Positions 45,462 to 50,800 of a stretch of 50,800 nucleotides of DNA are shown piece after piece (position 1 is the first letter of the stretch; every line of letters starts with the position of its first letter). The position numbers were made by a program, and so were the translations under genes. The stretch lies in sequence record NC_047820.1; one strand, given 5' to 3'. A model generated the notes under the pieces. It saw only the letters and a list, made by a program, of their open reading frames with translations. It made no database searches and was not told the DNA's origin. Origin of the DNA: Escherichia phage vB_EcoS_ESCO41.

Positions 45462-45838
45462 TCGCATCGGCAGTATTGCTGTCCATTTTTTTAACGGGTT
45501 GTTCGGCAACATCTGCTCTGACTGGTTTGATTGGCAGCAAGCCAGAAATTAGCGCACAGGCTGGGGCCGAAAACGTGAAGCAAACGGTAGGCGTTACCGG
45601 AAAGGTGGATAAGTCAAACGACAACGACACCACTATCAAAGATTCAAAGGTAGGAAAGGTTGATACGTCAAACGGGAAGTCTGTCAGCACATCAAGCATC
45701 AAGGCTGACACCATCATCGCTGATAAGATTGAGATCAGGAATGACTCAAAAGGCAATCTGATTGCTGGACTGGTATTCCTGTTCATCGGTATTCTGATGG
45801 TAATTTTCTATCTATGGCTGGAACGACGCAAAAAATAA
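45437..45838 (+). CDS. unimolecular spanin (T1 gp11-type)
   Basis: N-terminal lipoprotein signal with lipobox LTGC and C-terminal transmembrane segment in a single 133-aa protein; overlaps endolysin 3' end. Confidence 0.65.
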   Translation: MFKRNWKVVASAVLLSIFLTGCSATSALTGLIGSKPEISAQAGAENVKQTVGVTGKVDKSNDNDTTIKDSKVGKVDTSNGKSVSTSSIKADTIIADKIEIRNDSKGNLIAGLVFLFIGILMVIFYLWLERRKK

Positions 45839-45840
45839 AA

Positions 45841-45864
45841 GGAGCCGAAAGGCTCCCTTTTTTT
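45841..45864. terminator. bidirectional terminator
   Basis: GGAGCC-gaaa-GGCTCC with T-runs on both sides; identical hairpin to 15014. Confidence 0.7.
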
Positions 45865-46057
45865 ATCCAAATCTTTGCACCAGCAGCAACAATTCACCTT
45901 CATTATTGCACAGTGTATGCTCATCACGACGTCCGGCACGCATGGATGAGTTAAGAATTGAAAGAAGGGCTTGATTAATCCCATCCTCACTGATGCCATT
46001 CTCAGAACTGCATCTGATTATCGCGTCGATTACAACCTGGCTTTCCGAATAACTCAT
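45863..46057 (-). CDS. hypothetical protein (64 aa); uncertain
   Basis: ORF overlapping the 3' end of the upstream gene by 56 nt; weak RBS. Confidence 0.3.
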   Translation of the reverse strand: MSYSESQVVIDAIIRCSSENGISEDGINQALLSILNSSMRAGRRDEHTLCNNEGELLLLVQRFG

Positions 46058-46376
46058 TATCGCTCATCTTCTCTATGTTCATCATCTCCCATGTATAGCT
46101 ATCGTTCTCACCGCCATAGCACCTGAAATGAAATTCAAATGGCCTTTTTTGCGCCCCTTTGGACCAGTACCAGTTGTTCACGCCGTCAAGGTATCCTTCG
46201 CCCATGCATCTTGCTATGAACTCCTTTGATGCTGATGATGCGAAGTAGCGAGGCGTAACTCCGGCAGCCTTCGCCAGTCGCTCGCACTCCCTATGCTTGT
46301 ATATGAATACCGCCAGGTGCTGACGATTGAACTTTTTATATCCTTCACAAAACCGGTACACGTCGAGCAGGAACAT
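46002..46376 (-). CDS. hypothetical protein (124 aa)
   Basis: ORF directly downstream of the ATPase gene on the minus strand. Confidence 0.45.
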   Translation of the reverse strand: MFLLDVYRFCEGYKKFNRQHLAVFIYKHRECERLAKAAGVTPRYFASSASKEFIARCMGEGYLDGVNNWYWSKGAQKRPFEFHFRCYGGENDSYTWEMMNIEKMSDNELFGKPGCNRRDNQMQF

Positions 46377-46379
46377 TGT

Positions 46380-47963
46380 TTACCCCAGCAATCTCGGATT
46401 AATGTAAATTTTATCACCAATCAGGCACGTATAGTTCTTCTCATCCAACATAGGGATTAGGTGATCCTTGATGCGAGTCATCACACCAGCTTGCCCTTCA
46501 AAGGGTTTGACCTTACGCGCAGCTTCATATAGGGATCGGACACCTACAACGCCTTTCCCGTTCTTGCCTTGCTTGATCAGTATGTCTATCAGCTTGTTCA
46601 TCTCCGCATGGTCGCCAGCGTGACCAGCGGCGTTGGCAGATGACAGATAAGTCTTACTCAGTTCCTGGAACATAATTACCGCTTCCTGCATTGTGTCAAG
46701 CTCAATCTCTCTGGACTTCTGCGGACTCCCGCCATTGGGATTAAACCAGTTACGCACAGTGTGAAGAACAGCCGCGATCCTGATAGCCTGCTTATCAAAC
46801 TTACCAAGCGCGCCGCGAAGCATTGTGTGTGAATACTTCCCGCCGTCCGCAAGGTGAGGCTCCATATCCTGACGCGCACGGTTGAGATATTTCATCGCCG
46901 ACGTGCTCACTGTCAGGTTTACTTCGTGTTCGCTCATGATCTCATGGACCAGACGGAAGTAGTCCGCCTTGAGTCCGCCATCAATCGGCTCATATGTTGA
47001 TTCGCCTTTCTCATCTACGAACACACGCTCACCAAGGAATGACTTCTCACGCACAAGCAGGAAACGCTCGGATACACCGATACCACGCGCGCCAGCGTTC
47101 ATGATCGCGTTTATCGTTTCATCCTGTGCAATTACAGAGATGCAACCCATCGCAATAAAGCTCATGTTATTGTCTGCGTTCGCACGGGCGATAGATACGT
47201 TACCAGCATCCCACGCCTTAAGCACAAGCTCGCTGTTCGTTTTCTTTGAGCCGTCACCATAGGTCATGCCTAACAGTGAGTTCACGCTCGTTGCTTCATC
47301 CGAGATAACTGCAAAGTTGCCCTGGCGGTTGTTGATTCGCGCAAGACCTTCCGGCGTGGTGTCGGATACGGGGAAAACGATGTCACAGAGTCGTTCAAGT
47401 TTTTCTTCAAGCTCCTCTTTCTCCTCAAACAGAGCCGCCATATCAGATGGTGATTTTTCCTGCTTCATCTCCTTGGATAGAGCGGAGAGCTTAGCCATAA
47501 TCTTCTTGCGGTCACGCTTTCGGATCTCGTTGAGTCGCTCAGTCTCTGCGATCATTGGGGCCAGAGAAAGTGAGTTGATGGCTGATTTACCTGTCGATGG
47601 CGGCTGACTGGTTACGACGTAAAGAGCGGTCGGCTGTTGTGTTCCGTGATACTCAACCGTAAATCGGCCCAGCATGGCGGCTGATATGCATCCGAGGAAA
47701 TGCATGTAAGCGGACGACTCTGGGAACTGAACAGAACGAGCGGCATTGCTTGACAGTTTACCAACGACATCATAATCGTTACCAAGTGAGATAACCGGAT
47801 ATTTGTCACCGCCTGAGTCAATCTCTGTTGGGGCTTTCCAGAACGACTGGCTTTGCCTGTATCCGTTCGCATTGATGGCAACGCGCAGAGGCGGGAGGTT
47901 ATCGGCGGCGGCGACAGCCATGACCTGATCGATTGACAATTTATCTTCGTTGAAATCAAACAT
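46380..47963 (-). CDS. P-loop NTPase, putative replication ATPase/helicase (SF3-like)
   Basis: Walker A SQPPSTGKSA, Walker B FAVISDEA; 527 aa; termini homologous to the 174-aa protein at 1149..1673. Confidence 0.55.
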   Translation of the reverse strand: MFDFNEDKLSIDQVMAVAAADNLPPLRVAINANGYRQSQSFWKAPTEIDSGGDKYPVISLGNDYDVVGKLSSNAARSVQFPESSAYMHFLGCISAAMLGRFTVEYHGTQQPTALYVVTSQPPSTGKSAINSLSLAPMIAETERLNEIRKRDRKKIMAKLSALSKEMKQEKSPSDMAALFEEKEELEEKLERLCDIVFPVSDTTPEGLARINNRQGNFAVISDEATSVNSLLGMTYGDGSKKTNSELVLKAWDAGNVSIARANADNNMSFIAMGCISVIAQDETINAIMNAGARGIGVSERFLLVREKSFLGERVFVDEKGESTYEPIDGGLKADYFRLVHEIMSEHEVNLTVSTSAMKYLNRARQDMEPHLADGGKYSHTMLRGALGKFDKQAIRIAAVLHTVRNWFNPNGGSPQKSREIELDTMQEAVIMFQELSKTYLSSANAAGHAGDHAEMNKLIDILIKQGKNGKGVVGVRSLYEAARKVKPFEGQAGVMTRIKDHLIPMLDEKNYTCLIGDKIYINPRLLG

Positions 47964-47995
47964 CTTATTCTCTCTCGTTGTTATCGATGGGTATA

Positions 47996-48039
47996 AATAT
48001 ACCCGCCGAAGCGGGTATTGTCATTAACAAAAAGTGCTA
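47996..48039 (-). promoter_or_regulatory. palindrome-promoter cassette (minus): TAGCACTTTTTGTTA + 22-23 bp + TATATT
   Basis: Plus 48025-48039 palindrome overlaps upstream stop; hairpin ACCCGC-ttcg-GCGGGT; leader CATCGATAACAACGAGAG. Confidence 0.55.
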
Positions 48040-48246
48040 TTTTTTGAAGTGCCCTGGCGCATAGCATTTTCCATCCTTCTTATGCAAAACCCACCCAGCA
48101 GATTTAAGTTGCCTTGCACAATCAGAAAAGTTCTCGCCAGCAGCGTCCGTATAGTGTGGCATAAAATAATGCCCATCATCATTTGACTCAGTTGAGCACT
48201 TCTTGCAGTCGCAATAAACAGCGATGGAATAACCTGAAATAATCAT
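48037..48246 (-). CDS. hypothetical Cys-containing protein (69 aa)
   Basis: ATGA overlap with upstream gene. Confidence 0.45.
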   Translation of the reverse strand: MIISGYSIAVYCDCKKCSTESNDDGHYFMPHYTDAAGENFSDCARQLKSAGWVLHKKDGKCYAPGHFKK

Positions 48247-48596
48247 TTGTAAGCCGCCTCAAACTTATACATCCCATAACCAACATCATATCCAACCTCA
48301 TCATCGCGAGTGAGTTGCCAGCCGTCGCCGTCATTGTCGTAGATGTAGCCGGCATTACGACCTAATCCAGCGTGCATGGAGATCTGATAGCGCTTTCCTT
48401 CAGTGAATGATTTCTTAAGTGGATTGCTGTGGTCAACTTTTGTACATAGCAGGGTTTTGGTCTTAATGTAGCGCCCCTTGACGTCCAGGTTAACCCACTT
48501 GCCATCAACCTTGATTTGCTCTACATCATCTTTCACTCGAGCTTTAAAGAGTTTATTGTCTGAACTCACGAAGTTCTTTGTCAGTGTGGTAGCCAT
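48243..48596 (-). CDS. hypothetical protein (117 aa); start ATG 48596
   Basis: Leader CATCGAAACGAAACACACC and RBS AAGGAAA precede ATG 48596; ORF-track start 48668 falls in the cassette. Confidence 0.5.
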   Translation of the reverse strand: MATTLTKNFVSSDNKLFKARVKDDVEQIKVDGKWVNLDVKGRYIKTKTLLCTKVDHSNPLKKSFTEGKRYQISMHAGLGRNAGYIYDNDGDGWQLTRDDEVGYDVGYGMYKFEAAYK

Positions 48597-48634
48597 GATT
48601 ATTTTCCTTTGGTGTGTTTCGTTTCGATGAGATG

Positions 48635-48677
48635 AATATACAGGAAAAGCCCCGAAGGGCTTTAGCAATTAGTGCTA
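48635..48677 (-). promoter_or_regulatory. palindrome-promoter cassette (minus): TAGCACTAATTGCTA + 22 bp + TATATT
   Basis: Plus 48663-48677 palindrome overlaps stop of methyltransferase-like gene; hairpin AGCCC-ttcg-GGGCT. Confidence 0.6.
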
Positions 48678-49343
48678 TTTGTTACTTTCATATAGTGCGC
48701 GAGCAAACCCCTCAGGTGTTAATGATCGGAGTACTTTTGTCTTTGCAGACTTTCCGCCGCAGTATTTCCAGGCCCAGAAGAACCCAATGCTCTCGACTGG
48801 CTTTTTAATCGGTTCAACAAATCCATTCCCACACCAAATACATGTCTTTTTATTATAGGCGTTACGAGGGGGCATCCTGGGGTGATAAACTTCATCATGT
48901 TCAACGTAACCGCCATAATCGCAAGGGTGAAAATAGAAGTCAGGCTTACGCCACAGGCTTGAAAGCTTGCCTACCGGATTCTCGACCATCCAGGGTGCCT
49001 GGAAGTGATTTCCGACTTCCTCGACGAGCTTCGCATTAGCCAAGGCATACGCCAGTTCATCCTCACTGCGCTCATGCTGTGATCCAGACTGAGAGAACAG
49101 CGTGCAATCAGGGAATCCGATAACCATCTGCGCCGGAGGCAGGCCGAGTAATTCACACTTGGTGATGAAATCCTTGTCAATCCACATATTGACGTAGTGG
49201 ATGTTCTCATGCTTCATCTTGATATGGTATTCGCCATGATTACCAGAGTCCGCGTTGAAACAGTAGACGGTGTGACCATCTTCCGCCCATGGCAGGCCAG
49301 CGATGCCGGATCCGTCAAAAAGACAATAAATTACCTTTTTCAT
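48675..49343 (-). CDS. compact C5-cytosine methyltransferase-like protein (putative)
   Basis: Motif I-like LFDGSGIAG, motif IV-like GFPDCTLFSQSG (Pro-Cys), motif VI-like ENPVG; only 222 aa, no obvious target-recognition region. Confidence 0.4.
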   Translation of the reverse strand: MKKVIYCLFDGSGIAGLPWAEDGHTVYCFNADSGNHGEYHIKMKHENIHYVNMWIDKDFITKCELLGLPPAQMVIGFPDCTLFSQSGSQHERSEDELAYALANAKLVEEVGNHFQAPWMVENPVGKLSSLWRKPDFYFHPCDYGGYVEHDEVYHPRMPPRNAYNKKTCIWCGNGFVEPIKKPVESIGFFWAWKYCGGKSAKTKVLRSLTPEGFARALYESNK

Positions 49344-49498
49344 TTCTTCTTTTCCTTCTCAATTGCTTTCTGTGTGATTTCGTAACTGCTTTGCAAGTCT
49401 TCAACCTGAGCGCTGGTGCTCCATGGATACCATCCTTGACCTGAGAGCTTCGCGATCGTGTCGTTGTCGTAGTAGTTCAAATCGGATGGCTTGAGCAT
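49340..49498 (-). CDS. small hypothetical protein (52 aa, below ORF-track cutoff)
   Basis: RBS GAGGTGAAATA before ATG; TAATG overlap upstream and ATGA overlap downstream. Confidence 0.3.
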   Translation of the reverse strand: MLKPSDLNYYDNDTIAKLSGQGWYPWSTSAQVEDLQSSYEITQKAIEKEKKK

Positions 49499-49737
49499 TA
49501 TTTCACCTCATCAAACGTTGCGATGCCAGGGATGAACATTCCGACCTTCCATCCTGCGATAGCAATCCAGCCAGAATCGTGCTTGTGCGGTCGCTCAGCG
49601 CCATTAATTACCCACTCGTTCGGGATTGTCTTACCTTTAATGATTAGCGGCTCAGCGTCGTATACAGAGCCTTTTACGAACGGTGTCAAAACTTTCTTGT
49701 CGGTGCTGGTGATGCAATTTGTGCATATTACTTTCAT
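49498..49737 (-). CDS. hypothetical protein (79 aa)
   Basis: ORF with RBS, in coupled gene chain. Confidence 0.45.
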   Translation of the reverse strand: MKVICTNCITSTDKKVLTPFVKGSVYDAEPLIIKGKTIPNEWVINGAERPHKHDSGWIAIAGWKVGMFIPGIATFDEVK

Positions 49738-49746
49738 GTTATCGCC

Positions 49747-49962
49747 TTAGAACGGTATTCCGTCGTCAAATTTTAAGCGGTAGTCGAAATCATCACCGAT
49801 TCCGTCGACTGACTGGTTGCTCTCGCTTTCCAGATCCATATCCATAATGCCGAGAGCGTCATCAAGTTCTATACATCCATAAGCTACCTTGAGCGCCCAC
49901 TCTTCATTAAGTCCGGCTTCAAGTGCCGCGCGGTGGCGGCTCCAGAAATTATCTTGATGCAC
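49747..49962 (-). CDS. small acidic protein ending in SSB-like tail ..FDDGIPF (GTG start)
   Basis: 71 aa, highly acidic; C-terminal DDGIPF mirrors the SSB tail DDIPF of 33240..33683. Confidence 0.4.
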   Translation of the reverse strand: MHQDNFWSRHRAALEAGLNEEWALKVAYGCIELDDALGIMDMDLESESNQSVDGIGDDFDYRLKFDDGIPF

Positions 49963-49964
49963 TG

Positions 49965-50189
49965 TTAGCTCCAGGAATTGATGTAAAGTGAATTGTCGTT
50001 TAACAGGTTGACCATCTCAGCACGGGTAAGGCTACGGATGATTGAGCCTGGATGAGTGCCAACAACGTAGCGGTCGAACTCACGGCGCGTAATGGTTATT
50101 TGGCTTACGCCTGCGGCGCGGTCCAGCTTGACGATTGCACGGCCTTTTGCTTCGATGTGTGCTACTACGTTCTGAGCTTTAACTGACAT
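49965..50189 (-). CDS. hypothetical protein (74 aa)
   Basis: Strong RBS AAGAGGAAG after cassette and leader. Confidence 0.5.
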   Translation of the reverse strand: MSVKAQNVVAHIEAKGRAIVKLDRAAGVSQITITRREFDRYVVGTHPGSIIRSLTRAEMVNLLNDNSLYINSWS

Positions 50190-50227
50190 TTTTACTTCCT
50201 CTTTGTGTACTTCGTTTCGATGAAATT

Positions 50228-50270
50228 ATTATGCCTCAATCCGTGAGGCTTCGTTTAGCAATTCGTGCTA
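50228..50270 (-). promoter_or_regulatory. palindrome-promoter cassette (minus): TAGCACGAATTGCTA + 22 bp + CATAAT
   Basis: Plus 50256-50270 palindrome immediately after upstream stop TAA; leader TTCATCGAAACGAAG. Confidence 0.6.
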
Positions 50271-50271
50271 T

Positions 50272-50703
50272 TTAACGATTTTTTGGTGGTCGTTTATAGT
50301 GAGAATAAAACGGCGTTGGCGGAAAGCATGGCTGATAACCAGTCAGGTTCTGACGTGCCGCTTTACCGAGCGCAACAGCCGCATTTTGCTGAACTCTGGC
50401 AATCTCACCATTGCGGAACAACCGCTCTTTACTGAACCGTCGCCCCATGAACTCAACGGCAAGGTAGTCAATAGGATCTAGCGCCACGCGTTTTTCCATG
50501 AATACCTTTCGGCTTGATGCCAGGAATACTTTGCTGCCTTTCTTGCCGACTGCTGAGCGAATAAGTCTATAGGTTGAATCGACGAACTGGTAATAGAAGC
50601 GCCATGCTCCATAGGACCACACATACATCCGGCCTGACGGAGTAATGAATCTGGTCTTGCCGTCAGCAATGCCCTTATAGATAACTCCGTAAACAATGCT
50701 CAT
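50272..50703 (-). CDS. hypothetical protein (143 aa)
   Basis: ORF with RBS AAGGAGAAATAA. Confidence 0.5.
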   Translation of the reverse strand: MSIVYGVIYKGIADGKTRFITPSGRMYVWSYGAWRFYYQFVDSTYRLIRSAVGKKGSKVFLASSRKVFMEKRVALDPIDYLAVEFMGRRFSKERLFRNGEIARVQQNAAVALGKAARQNLTGYQPCFPPTPFYSHYKRPPKNR

Positions 50704-50736
50704 TTATTTCTCCTTATCTCTCGTTTCTATGAGGTA

Positions 50737-50780
50737 ATAATAGCGAATCCACCATGACTGGTCATTAGCAAAAAGTGCTA
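50737..50780 (-). promoter_or_regulatory. palindrome-promoter cassette (minus): TAGCACTTTTTGCTA + 23 bp + TATTAT
   Basis: Plus 50766-50780 palindrome; leader CATAGAAACGAGAG. Confidence 0.5.
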
Positions 50781-50800
50781 TTCGTTGGATTTATGGATTG

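Noticed and set aside
1-50800. Prophage, integrative element or CRISPR array
   Set aside because: No integrase, recombinase, att-like flanking repeats, transposase or regularly spaced repeat-spacer array was seen; gene content is that of a virulent phage.

Overview
The window reads as a complete or near-complete genome of a virulent, T1-like (Drexlerviridae-like) siphovirus of an enterobacterial host; that assignment is inference from gene content and order, not a database match. No integrase, attachment site, CRISPR array, rRNA or transposase was seen. Layout: (i) 1-600, non-coding left end with iteron-like palindromic repeats and an AT-rich element; (ii) 613-7112, plus-strand early small genes, including a HAD-like phosphatase and a T4 gp1-like dNMP kinase; (iii) 7289-7469, a tRNA-Arg(UCU) and an atypical tRNA-like gene; (iv) 7971-28898, plus-strand packaging and morphogenesis module (terminase, portal, capsid, tail, tape measure, lambda M/L/K/I/J-like tail tip) with HNH endonucleases interspersed and a -1 frameshift in the tail chaperone; (v) 28930-30856, a convergent minus-strand unit (318-aa protein, Cor-like lipoprotein, Rha-like regulator); (vi) 31428-33683, recombination module (PD-(D/E)xK exonuclease, Erf-like protein, SSB); (vii) 33718-37959, minus-strand tail fibre, primase-like protein and HTH protein; (viii) 38061-45838, helicase, HNH, Dam methylase, metallophosphatase and a lysis cassette (holin, SAR endolysin, unimolecular spanin); (ix) 45863-50703, minus-strand genes including a P-loop ATPase and a compact C5-methyltransferase-like protein. 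The most striking feature is a repeated intergenic promoter cassette (about 19 copies): a TAGCA-N5-TGCTA palindrome that usually overlaps the upstream stop codon, then 21-23 bp, then a -10-like hexamer and a conserved leader. Other notable points: the helicase gene is split by a perfect 127-bp tandem duplication; a 174-aa protein is an internally deleted paralog of the 527-aa ATPase; a small acidic protein ends in an SSB-tail-like DDGIPF. Functional calls rest on motifs I recognise by eye; no homology search was possible.
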